From the NCBI GenBank assembly GCA_025839675.1, contig CP104013.1, positions 4,320,001-4,352,000 on the forward strand: 32,000 bases of DNA, in the 5' to 3' direction. The notes under the pieces are model-generated. The model saw only the letters and a program-made list of their open reading frames with translations, did not search any database and had not been told where the DNA came from. A program made the translations under genes and the position numbers. The first letter of the stretch is position 1. Each line of letters begins with the position of its first letter. This document shows positions 1 to 8,281 of the stretch, in pieces. This DNA comes from Candidatus Lokiarchaeum ossiferum. GTDB lineage: Archaea; Asgardarchaeota; Lokiarchaeia; Sigyniarchaeales; Promethearchaeaceae.

Positions 1-126
1 AACTGCAATGCAGTTCAAGTTGATTGCCACTTCTTCAAATAACTGTCGTACTTGGGCATATTTCTCTTTTTGCAATAGGTGTATCATTTTTTTCACGTTC
101 TCTACTTGAAATATTTTATCATGCAT
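1..126 (-). CDS. Hypothetical protein, N-terminal 42 codons only (gene runs off the left edge)
   Basis: Reverse-strand ATG at 126..124 opens a frame (MHDKIFQVENVKKMIHLLQKEKYAQVRQLFEEVAINLNCIAV) that stays open to position 1. It is too short to assign a family. Confidence 0.35.
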   Translation of the reverse strand, partial: MHDKIFQVENVKKMIHLLQKEKYAQVRQLFEEVAINLNCIAV

Positions 127-408
127 ATCACATTTTTAATGGTCTCTTGAAGAAACAGATTGCTGTATAAGAAGAGAAGTTAAAAGAGAAAGAAAGTACG
201 TTAAACATTGTAAATAAGCACTTTTGAATCTGCCTACCTCTTACATGCAGACAATTGTTCATTCCAAAGTTGATTAAAATTGATGCTTACTTACAATACA
301 TAAAATAAATATATTCTAATGATAGAGAGTATTTGAGAAATAAAAATTTGTTTATAATATATTTGTTTATAAAAAATATACTTAATATTTGACATTCGAG
401 GCGTTTAT

Positions 409-1437
409 GTGGAAAATCTAAGCAAAATTAGTGTGCTATTTATCTGGGATGTAAATGAACGACTAAAAACTTACCTGAAATCGAAGTTAGAACAACTATC
501 TAATCTTAATCTAATTTTTCCAAAGGATCTATCTGAAGAAAACTTATTAAGTTTAGCACCGAAAGCATCGGTTATAATTGGGTGGCGTCCGGACATAAAA
601 ATGCTCCAATCTGCAGATCAACTAAAGCTTTTCATCAATCCAGGGGCGGGTGTGCAGCATTTAATTCCCATATTTCGAGATCTTGAAAGAAAGGATCAAA
701 TAATTTTAGTAAATGGCCATGGTAATTCTTATTTTACCGCTCAACATGCGGTGGCTCTCTTACTCTCGCTAACCAATAAAATAATTCTTCATCATGACTG
801 GATGAAGCAAGGAAAATGGCGAACTGGGGATTCGGAGGCCAAATCCGTGCCCCTTTGGAAGAAGAAAGTCGGTTTAATTGGTTATGGGGCGATCAACAAG
901 AAAGTTCATCAGCTTTTATCTGCGTTTCAATGTGAGTTTTCCATTTTACGAAGATCTTGGGAAAACACCAATGAACAATTGTTAACTCCAGTGACTCGGT
1001 ATGAACCTTCCGAAATTCGGAAATTCATGGGAAACATTGATTTTTGTATTGTTGCCGTTCCTCAAACGGGGAATACGGTTAATATGATCCAAAAGGATGA
1101 ATTAAATCGGTTAGGACGTACTGGATTTTTAGTCTCTGTCGCCCGTGGGCAAGTAATCAACGAAGAAGATCTTTATTATGCTTTAAATGAAAATCGAATT
1201 GCTGGGGCTGCCATTGATGTGTGGTATGATTATTCTCCCGAACCAAACACAGATAATCAGAAATTTCCCTATCATTTTCCCTTTCATGAATTGCCTAACA
1301 TTGTACTCTCTCCGCATCGAGCCGCTTCGCCCTTTGATAACCTCGATCGTTGGGATGAGGTGGTTGAAAATTTGACCAAAATTTCGGAAGGAAAAAAAGA
1401 CTTTATTAATCAAGTGAATATTGCAAATGAATACTAA
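409..1437 (+). CDS. D-isomer-specific 2-hydroxyacid dehydrogenase family, NAD(P)-binding (glyoxylate/hydroxypyruvate reductase-like)
   Basis: 342-aa ORF with a GTG start; the ATG at 407 is out of frame and stops at once. Rossmann motif GLIGYGAINKKV. Family signature VARGQVINEEDLYYAL..IAGAAIDVW. Catalytic-His region LSPHRAA. Confidence 0.85.
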   Translation: MENLSKISVLFIWDVNERLKTYLKSKLEQLSNLNLIFPKDLSEENLLSLAPKASVIIGWRPDIKMLQSADQLKLFINPGAGVQHLIPIFRDLERKDQIILVNGHGNSYFTAQHAVALLLSLTNKIILHHDWMKQGKWRTGDSEAKSVPLWKKKVGLIGYGAINKKVHQLLSAFQCEFSILRRSWENTNEQLLTPVTRYEPSEIRKFMGNIDFCIVAVPQTGNTVNMIQKDELNRLGRTGFLVSVARGQVINEEDLYYALNENRIAGAAIDVWYDYSPEPNTDNQKFPYHFPFHELPNIVLSPHRAASPFDNLDRWDEVVENLTKISEGKKDFINQVNIANEY

Positions 1438-1462
1438 ATTGGGTTTTTTATATTGCACTCGA

Positions 1463-1915
1463 TTATTTTTTTTGAAAACGTACAACTGATAAATGCAACC
1501 CTCGGGGGCATTTTTTGATTTTTTTCATCCGTTGGACCAGTTTCACTTTTTGACCTCTTTGAATCATCAGGCTATGTGGTTGACAATATTTATGATACAC
1601 ACAATCATCGTGATCGCAGCCAACAGGAGTAAAATCGAGTATCGAACCTTCATAAATGTCCTTATTGTGCATGGAAGCAAACAATACGGGTTTTTTAATC
1701 TTAACTAATACCATGTCTTCCTCATGAAAATCTTCTGGACACGGAATGACCCGATCTAAGATTTCTACTACTTCATAAACGGTATTTGGAGTTAAATTTT
1801 GTTGACATGTCTCATAGAGTGTACATGTAGTCGGACATTCTTGCTTTGGTTCTTGAAAGAAAAATTGAAATCCTTTATATGCAAATGATTTCCCGAGAAA
1901 AGTCATTAAAGCCAT
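1463..1915 (-). CDS. UPF0179-family Cys-rich small archaeal protein
   Basis: From the internal Met (MALMTFLGKSFAYKGFQFFF..ECPTTC..C..NL....Y.V..PC..H.....V.....YEGS..F....C....C.....C.P......G.K......KKCP.GL.L..V) the Cys pattern and length (about 150 aa) match my recollection of UPF0179. The tracked start at 2056 would add an implausible 47-aa extension overlapping the next gene. I chose ATG 1915; ATG 1906 is also possible. Confidence 0.55.
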   Translation of the reverse strand: MALMTFLGKSFAYKGFQFFFQEPKQECPTTCTLYETCQQNLTPNTVYEVVEILDRVIPCPEDFHEEDMVLVKIKKPVLFASMHNKDIYEGSILDFTPVGCDHDDCVYHKYCQPHSLMIQRGQKVKLVQRMKKIKKCPRGLHLSVVRFQKK

Positions 1916-2045
1916 CGCTAATATGAAAACATAATATTTGATCCTTTTAAAAGAACATTGATCAACAAATTCAACCATAGAACATCTAACAATCGCATTG
2001 AGTTTGGGAAAAAATCCCGAAAAATATGAGAAAACAATGTCCCCA

Positions 2046-2762
2046 TTATTCTTCAATTTGATAATGTTCTTTCAAACATTTAGGACATAGTGAATGGGAA
2101 AACAATAGGTCAGAATTCCGTGATACATATTCTTCCACTTGAAGCCAAAAACCTTCATCATCGCGGACATTTTTACAATGGCTGCAAATTGGGATGAATC
2201 CTTTTAATGTCTTTATTTCTTTCAGTGATTTTTCTAATTTATTAATATTTTCTCGAATATTGTCAAGATTTCGACTATTTACCAAAGCCATTGCCGCAAA
2301 TTCACAGAATCCTTCTGCCAATTTTGCATCATGATCATTAAAGGGATCTTTTTTATTAGCCAATCCCATCACACCTACCGATTTTTTTTTAATAATAAGA
2401 GGTGCAAATAAGATATTGTTTAAAGGCATATGGCCCGGCGGCATCAATTTTGCAAATCTGGATGACATAAAGGAATTGTTATACACGGCTTTCTGTTTTT
2501 GATAGCATTCTTCCCGTAATCCTCTAATTGGCATTGGTAAAGAAGGATCCACAGTACATTTTATACCACCTGATTCTAAAAACAAGACATCATTAAGTTT
2601 TCCATCTTTTGACAATAGAGCAATATATCCAGAAGTCGCTTCCGTTAAATAGCATGCTTCATCAAATATTTTCCTTGCTGAATCCTGAAAATTATCAAAT
2701 TCGAGTACTGCCTTGGATGCTCTCATTAAGGATTCAACTTCGTTTAAACGTGATTGTTCCAT
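2046..2762 (-). CDS. GAF-domain sensor protein with a C-terminal CxxC...H.CPxC metal-binding-like tail
   Basis: GAF-like core (ATSGYIALLSKDGKLNDVLF..GG......LPMPIRGL....Y...KAVYNN....S.........GHMPLNNILFAPLIIKKKSVGVMGLANK). Tail is IPICSHCKNVRDDEGFWLQVEEYVSRNSDLLFSHSLCPKC. ATG at 2762 is preferred over the TTG at 2819. Confidence 0.7.
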   Translation of the reverse strand: MEQSRLNEVESLMRASKAVLEFDNFQDSARKIFDEACYLTEATSGYIALLSKDGKLNDVLFLESGGIKCTVDPSLPMPIRGLREECYQKQKAVYNNSFMSSRFAKLMPPGHMPLNNILFAPLIIKKKSVGVMGLANKKDPFNDHDAKLAEGFCEFAAMALVNSRNLDNIRENINKLEKSLKEIKTLKGFIPICSHCKNVRDDEGFWLQVEEYVSRNSDLLFSHSLCPKCLKEHYQIEE

Positions 2763-2926
2763 TATGATCTCAAAAATACAAGTTTTTAGTTGGCTTAAAG
2801 CATGATGGATCGAGGACAAATATTTTGTTCATTTCTTTTGAAAAAATGTTTAGTTTTTAACGCAAAAATTTAAGTTATTGTGAATTATAACAAGAATAAC
2901 TATAAAGTTATTTAAAGCGTGATACC

Positions 2927-3700
2927 ATGGACCAACTACCGAACCAAACGAACATTGATATGAACATTCTGAAGATAACGCCAGAAAGTGCTGATGATTT
3001 CAAAGTAGAACAACTAAAAGCTTTACCAAAGATGAAAACGGGGACAACTACTGTCGCTTTATTAATAAAAGACGGTGTCGTATTAGCTACGGACAATCGC
3101 GCCACCATGGGGATGTATGTCGCCAATAAAAATGCAAAGAAACTCCATATGATTCAACCTCATATGTATATTACGATTGCAGGGTCTGTCGCCGATGCCC
3201 AATATTTAATTGATTTGTTGAAGGCTGAAACAGAAATTTACAAGCTACGAAACGATCATGATATTGGAGTGGGACAAACCGCCAAATTACTTCAAAATAT
3301 ACTCTATAATAATAAAGGTTATTTCCAAGTTGGTCATCTTCTCGGAGGGTATACCGACAAAGAAGGTGGGGCCATCTATAATTTAGGAGGGTATGGTTCC
3401 TTATTAGAAGAAAAATATGCGTCTGTTGGAAGTGGAAGTCCTTTTGCGATAGGAGTCCTTGAAACAGATTGGAAAGAAGATTTATCTGCTGAAGACGGAA
3501 TGATTTTAGCTGCCAGAGCGGTACGTTCTGCAATTATTCGAGATATTGCTTCTGGGAATGGAATTGATATTATTGCACTCCAAAAAGGCCAAGCCCCTAT
3601 TGAAAAAAGATACGAAATCACTGATATTGACATCCGTGACAATAAAATTGAAAATAAGAAAAAAAAAGTTTCCAAAAAAAAAACGACGAAATCTAAATAA
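2927..3700 (+). CDS. psmB: 20S proteasome beta subunit (Ntn Thr protease) with propeptide and a Lys-rich C-terminal tail
   Basis: The propeptide ends ..KMKTG, followed by TTTVALLIKDGVVLATDNRAT (Thr1 nucleophile context). Also has the SVGSGSPFA motif. Length is typical apart from the ..NKIENKKKKVSKKKTTKSK tail. Confidence 0.93.
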   Translation: MDQLPNQTNIDMNILKITPESADDFKVEQLKALPKMKTGTTTVALLIKDGVVLATDNRATMGMYVANKNAKKLHMIQPHMYITIAGSVADAQYLIDLLKAETEIYKLRNDHDIGVGQTAKLLQNILYNNKGYFQVGHLLGGYTDKEGGAIYNLGGYGSLLEEKYASVGSGSPFAIGVLETDWKEDLSAEDGMILAARAVRSAIIRDIASGNGIDIIALQKGQAPIEKRYEITDIDIRDNKIENKKKKVSKKKTTKSK

Positions 3701-3732
3701 TTTTTTTCTTTTCACCTTTTTAGGGATTCCCC

Positions 3733-4476
3733 ATGTATCAGATCCTGATTGATCTCAGCCATAACGAACAATTGGCCTCCTTACCGGATGAAATTTTTGT
3801 AAATCAAGATCTTTTATTTTCGTTTACTCGCCCCACCGATGATTTAACCAGTCTGGAATTTTTGCAACAATATGATATGATTTTTATGGGCAATCCAAAA
3901 CCCGTTTCCGAAGATCGATTATTATTTACTCCCGATGAATTAAAAACATTAAAACAGTATGTTGCTGAAGGGGGAAATCTATTTCTGACTTCTGGAGCAC
4001 GTGGCGATTATAATTTTTCTCATGAACTTGGTTCCTTACGGGTTTTTTATAATTTAACTGGAATAATTCAATATCATTATGCAGTGTTATTTCATACTGA
4101 TCCCCAGATTTATCGAACAAAGAAATGGAATATTAAAATCTCTCAATTTCCGTCTCACCCCATTTTTACTAATTTTTCAACAAAAGATTATCTGGTTTTT
4201 GGAAAATCAACGTTTTTTTCCCTTGGGGAAGATCTTGATGTTGTACCTCTAATTCTTGCTCCTGAAAAAACACAAGCGCATTTTTATCAAAATAAACAAA
4301 AAACTCCCATTCGGCAAGAATCATTAATGGTTGCAAATGAGTTTCATAAAGGAAAAGTGATTTCTCTAAGTTCCTCTTCGTTATTTACGAGAAATGCTCA
4401 TAATGGGTATTTAGCGGGTGCAAATCAGAAATTGATTAATGGCATCTTTGATTGGCTTCTTGATAAAGTTGAGTAA
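3733..4476 (+). CDS. Hypothetical protein, possibly DUF4350-like / class-I glutamine-amidotransferase-like fold
   Basis: 247-aa ORF starting 33 nt after psmB on the same strand. Pattern ILIDLSHNE ... YDMIFMGNP..FTPDELKTLKQYVAEGGNLFLTS ... GKVISLSSSSLF ... NGIFDWLL resembles DUF4350-type proteins. The family call is weak. Confidence 0.55.
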   Translation: MYQILIDLSHNEQLASLPDEIFVNQDLLFSFTRPTDDLTSLEFLQQYDMIFMGNPKPVSEDRLLFTPDELKTLKQYVAEGGNLFLTSGARGDYNFSHELGSLRVFYNLTGIIQYHYAVLFHTDPQIYRTKKWNIKISQFPSHPIFTNFSTKDYLVFGKSTFFSLGEDLDVVPLILAPEKTQAHFYQNKQKTPIRQESLMVANEFHKGKVISLSSSSLFTRNAHNGYLAGANQKLINGIFDWLLDKVE

Positions 4477-4511
4477 CAATAAAAAAGCAAAAATAAATTA
4501 AAAAAGAAAGA

Positions 4512-6605
4512 CTAAACACTTAGTTGGGCATGTAATGCTTGTTGAATGGATTGAATATCAATATCCAGTGAATCCGCATCTTCATCGCTTAACATTGCTT
4601 CTTCATCTTCATAGACATCTTCTTCTAATTTCTTTACCCATTCATAAATTTTGGCAACGGATTGATCATCATCACTGGTGATGCGAGTTAACCGTGAATA
4701 AGTATCTTCCAATTTGATTTTGGCACTTGAAGCCCGATATCGGAGCAAGCAAATGTTCGATATTTCCATTAAATTACGGGTGATGGCCATAACATCCATT
4801 GTTTTATTACGTTCTTCACTTTTGATTTTTCGCATCATATTGATTTCTACAAATAATAATTCAATCATTTTCGCCAGCAATCCCGTCAATTGACCTGCTT
4901 CATTGCACCAAACACGAATTTCCAATGTTGAACTTGATCCGTTGATATATATTCGGGTAATAACTCTTCCCCCTGTAACTTTAGCTTCACTGCTAAACCA
5001 TGCTTCGGCTTCATAGTTTCCCGATTTATCATCTTCATAGGATGCCACATTTGTAACGTCAAATTGACCTACGGCTCGATGAGCGGCACTATAGGCCATT
5101 TGTGGAGGTAGATCTGCAATGAGAAATGCTCGAGCATCACTAGGTAGTGATTGGATGGCTTTTTGACAATCTTCAATGGTGTCCAAGCTTTTAATTAAAA
5201 GAGGGCATTTGATTTGGACATCTTTGGGATTGACATTCATGGTGTTTATTTTTCCCATGGCATCCTTGTAGATAACTGTGCCTCCAATTGTAGAGATCCC
5301 ACATTCCGCAGGTTCTAAATAGAAATCCACTCCATGGGTGTTGCCCGGATCAATAACAGGGATTGTGATAAGTTCTCTCGCCCTTCGATAGGAGCTGGGC
5401 ACATCTAATATAACTTTTATATCATGAATTGCCATATTAGATTTGTTGCGTACTACCACTTTGAAATGAAGTTGCCCCCCAACAAAATCATATTGACGGA
5501 CTACTTCAACCTCTCCAATTTTGGAAGGCATTTGGGGAGTTGCTGAAGCGTTTGTTGATGTATGAGGTGCATGAGAACTGAAGGATGTCACCGGTTGTTT
5601 CCCATCAGCTACAAATTGTCGTTTGGCCATATCAATATAACCATTAATAGATCCTCGAGAAATTAAAGTGGCTAACCCCTCTTCAACACGTTGTTCGGTA
5701 ATTGCCAGTTTTTTCGCCAAATCACCAATGGATATTGTTCTATAAGCACGGGCAATGGCTTTGATTTTTTCACTTAGTTTTTCTTCTGTAAGAAATTCGT
5801 GATTTTGGGTGAAAATACCGCGGATAGTTCCTTTTTGGATCAATTTAAATAGGGCTCTTCTTGCTAATTCAGGTGCAATTTGTAAATGGGTCGCTAAAGC
5901 ATTAATCATGAAAATTCCATTTTTAAGACAGAAGTTTTCAATTTCACTCTCCAATTCTTGTTCGGAAAGGGTAATTTTTCCTCCATCAGCAAAAAAGGCG
6001 ACAATAATTTTATTGCGCATCATGTTCATGATATAGTTTTTAACATTTCCTTCTGGAATTTCGAATTTCTGAGCCAGATCATAATGTACAACCTTTCCGT
6101 GGGTCTTGATCTCTTGCAGAATTAATTGAGTTAGTCCTTGTTCCAAATAATATCGTGTTTTTTTATGGTTAAATGTCCCACGAAGCTTATTTTTCCGGAT
6201 CAATTCGATCATAATTCGGGTAGTAGTGGCCGTACTGGCACTCATATTCTGCTGGAGTTGATCTAAGTCTACAAATCCTTGAGATTGGAGATCGCTTACC
6301 AAACGAGCTTCCATTTCTGTAGTAAGAAAGATGAAGATTTGTTTTTTTGAATCTAAAAATCCCTTGATTTGGTTGCGTTTAAGTAACTCTTCAATGGTTA
6401 TCTCAATTTCTACATTATTAAGACCATAACGCAATTGTAATGTCCGAAAGTTTGTTTCTATTGCTTCTTTCAAATCATTGGTGAAGCAATTTAAACAAAA
6501 CTCTCTACCTTTACTTCGTCGCAATTTTTCATTGCATTTATCGGGGTGGCGAGCTAAACCGTATTTTTCCGCTTCTCGCTCAATATATTTTTCTGAAGTG
6601 CCCAT
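4512..6605 (-). CDS. Large multi-winged-helix protein: 4-5 tandem PCI-like WH modules, then a beta-sandwich-like domain and an acidic helical C-terminus. Coordinates run from the first canonical ATG; the frame continues upstream.
   Basis: 697-aa ORF. Repeated modules of the form x-LA..L.I....V...L..LI..G.I.G.ID/F, e.g. ISIGDLAKKLAITEQRVEEGLATLISRGSINGYIDMAKRQFV, MINALATHLQIAPELARRALFKLIQKGTIRGIFTQNHEFL and VHYDLAQKFEIPEGNVKNYIMNMMRNKIIVAFFADGGKITL. A beta-rich region follows: VEVVRQYDFVGGQLHFKVVVRNKSNMAIHDIKVILDVP... Confidence 0.8.
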   Translation of the reverse strand: MGTSEKYIEREAEKYGLARHPDKCNEKLRRSKGREFCLNCFTNDLKEAIETNFRTLQLRYGLNNVEIEITIEELLKRNQIKGFLDSKKQIFIFLTTEMEARLVSDLQSQGFVDLDQLQQNMSASTATTTRIMIELIRKNKLRGTFNHKKTRYYLEQGLTQLILQEIKTHGKVVHYDLAQKFEIPEGNVKNYIMNMMRNKIIVAFFADGGKITLSEQELESEIENFCLKNGIFMINALATHLQIAPELARRALFKLIQKGTIRGIFTQNHEFLTEEKLSEKIKAIARAYRTISIGDLAKKLAITEQRVEEGLATLISRGSINGYIDMAKRQFVADGKQPVTSFSSHAPHTSTNASATPQMPSKIGEVEVVRQYDFVGGQLHFKVVVRNKSNMAIHDIKVILDVPSSYRRARELITIPVIDPGNTHGVDFYLEPAECGISTIGGTVIYKDAMGKINTMNVNPKDVQIKCPLLIKSLDTIEDCQKAIQSLPSDARAFLIADLPPQMAYSAAHRAVGQFDVTNVASYEDDKSGNYEAEAWFSSEAKVTGGRVITRIYINGSSSTLEIRVWCNEAGQLTGLLAKMIELLFVEINMMRKIKSEERNKTMDVMAITRNLMEISNICLLRYRASSAKIKLEDTYSRLTRITSDDDQSVAKIYEWVKKLEEDVYEDEEAMLSDEDADSLDIDIQSIQQALHAQLSV

Positions 6606-6944
6606 TATGATGGGGGAATTTGTTCGAGAATTCCAAGAACATTTAGTACACTGAAGATAGAGTTGACCTGAAGGTAAAGTAGTATATTCAAGTAAATCTC
6701 CACACGTAGGACATTTACTTTTTTCTAATATATGGCATCTATTTTTCCGAATGCTTGCTTGAATGCGATTTAATTTAATTTGAGGATGTTTTTTACAAAT
6801 ATAACTGTCCGTGGAGCCTGTGTGGTTAAAACAAAAACTCTCGCCGCAATTGGGGCAATTATAATCTGTATCTGTGGATGAACAATATTTACATGTTGCG
6901 ATTGTGGGTAGCCTCCGAAGATGAATGCTTCTATTCCTTATTAA
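6606..6944 (-). other. In-frame, stop-free 5' extension of the 4512..6605 gene. It encodes zinc-finger/zinc-ribbon motifs but has no ATG/GTG/TTG.
   Basis: My reverse-strand translation, in frame with ATG 6605: (stop TAG 6947..6945) L I R N R S I H L R R L P T I A T CKYCSSTDTDYNCPNCGESFCFNHTGSTDSYICKKH PQIKLNRIQASIRKNR CHILEKSKCPTCGDLLEYTTLPSGQLYLQCTKCSW NSRTNSPII-M. The regular CxxC pairs argue that this is coding. The only start-like codon near the top is ATA at 6941..6939. Confidence 0.6.
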
Positions 6945-7091
6945 CTATAAGGATTCTTTCTCCTATTTATTTTATTTTTTTATGTTCTTTATGTTTTGGG
7001 GAGGCCAAAATATATGCGGACAATTTTTCTATGGACAAAGCATATCAATGTTTGTGCACCAAAATGAAGTTGAAAATTTAAAAATAAGCTT

Positions 7092-8108
7092 CTATTTGCA
7101 AATTTCATTGGCTATTTTCATAGTTGGTGGGTAAATCGCTGGTTTAATTTCTTCTACTACCACTGTTGTATGAGTATTCATGATCGGATACTTCTCATAC
7201 AGATGTTTTAAAAAATTATTCAACCCTTTAAGCCCTCTAGTCCTTACAATGGCAAGTAAACCTGCTTCATTACCAGTTCGGTAGAGATCAATAATGTTAG
7301 GCTCTTTTACCAGTCTATTTGCTAACATCGTATACTGACTCATTTGTTCTGGTTGAATTTGGAGATAAAATTTGGTGGAAAAGTCCGGTTCTTTATAGAT
7401 CCGTTCACCTCCAGAAATCAAGGCTCGTAATTTTTCATTATTTAGAGAAATCGTAAAATCTTGGATAATATTATCTACTTGGAATCGATTGAATTCTCGG
7501 GAAAGATTGATTTTATCCAATAATTGTTGTTCTGATTCTGTGAAAAAAATTTCATTTGGGCGATCAGGCCATCGTTTAATATTAAAATTTTTTTGTAATA
7601 ATTGAAGTAAGCGCCATTTTTTTTCATGATCGTCCAATTTTTTAGTGGGGTGGGAACGTTCTAAAACAAATCCCCCCACTTTGAAGATATCAATGCATTC
7701 AATGATGCGATAGGATGAAAATAAGCTTTCTGAAATATTTTCATCAATTTGGGATAAAATTTCAGCGAAATTTTTCTTGGTTTGCACTTCAAATTTGGCT
7801 ATAAGAGAATATTCGCCTAATACACCATCAATGGATGCCAGTTCATCGTTTTTTTTGATCTGTTCTAATATTTTGGGTTCACTCGGATTTGTTTTAATTT
7901 CCATGAAGAAATATTGGAGATTTAAAACGAGTGGATTAATAATAAATGTCGGACGATCAATTATATGTTTTTCCCAGAGATTTGTTCTTATTTTTGAAAT
8001 GGTTTGACGAGAAAGGTGAAGTTTTTCCGTCAAATGGCTTGCTCGAACCCGGGAATTGCGATATAGTTCTTCTAATAATGTTAAACGATGCGCTTTATCA
8101 ACCATCAT
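7092..8108 (-). CDS. Lrp/AsnC-family transcriptional regulator, tandem (duplicated) architecture
   Basis: N-terminal HTH (LTLLEELYRNSRVRASHLTEKLHLSRQTISKIRTNL) followed by an AsnC/RAM-type domain (YFFMEIKT.....ILEQIKKNDELASIDGVLGEYSLIAKFEV). The second half repeats a RAM-like pattern (FYLQIQPEQ...LANRLVKEPNIIDLYRTGNEAGLLAIVRT). Divergent from ahcY. Confidence 0.75.
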   Translation of the reverse strand: MMVDKAHRLTLLEELYRNSRVRASHLTEKLHLSRQTISKIRTNLWEKHIIDRPTFIINPLVLNLQYFFMEIKTNPSEPKILEQIKKNDELASIDGVLGEYSLIAKFEVQTKKNFAEILSQIDENISESLFSSYRIIECIDIFKVGGFVLERSHPTKKLDDHEKKWRLLQLLQKNFNIKRWPDRPNEIFFTESEQQLLDKINLSREFNRFQVDNIIQDFTISLNNEKLRALISGGERIYKEPDFSTKFYLQIQPEQMSQYTMLANRLVKEPNIIDLYRTGNEAGLLAIVRTRGLKGLNNFLKHLYEKYPIMNTHTTVVVEEIKPAIYPPTMKIANEICK

Positions 8109-8281
8109 CTAAAACTAAGCTTTTATGCTTAAAAAAGATAATGTAGAAATTGATGGATTTTCATTTATTTCTATAACAATAATTACTTTAAATTTCGTTT
8201 TCTGTAAGAAATGCTAACTTTTTTATTTTCCTCATTACTCTTTCTTGTTAATTATTCAATCTATTCATGGAATGAATTATT

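Noticed and set aside
1183-1485. Antisense or alternative-frame ORFs inside well-supported genes. Examples: 1183-1485, 3171-3533, 3376-3675, 5809-6036, 10989-11189, 11038-11298, 11302-11667, 14848-15192, 17065-17298, 21186-21803 and 24976-25228.
   Set aside because: These are shadow frames of confidently assigned genes with no independent motifs. The ones in the IS are longer simply because that segment is more GC-rich.
6878-7134. Two plus-strand ORFs (6878-7081 and 6925-7134)
   Set aside because: They overlap the antisense of the zinc-finger extension and the end of the Lrp gene. They encode F/L/I-rich low-complexity sequence, and the minus-strand Zn-finger frame explains the region better.
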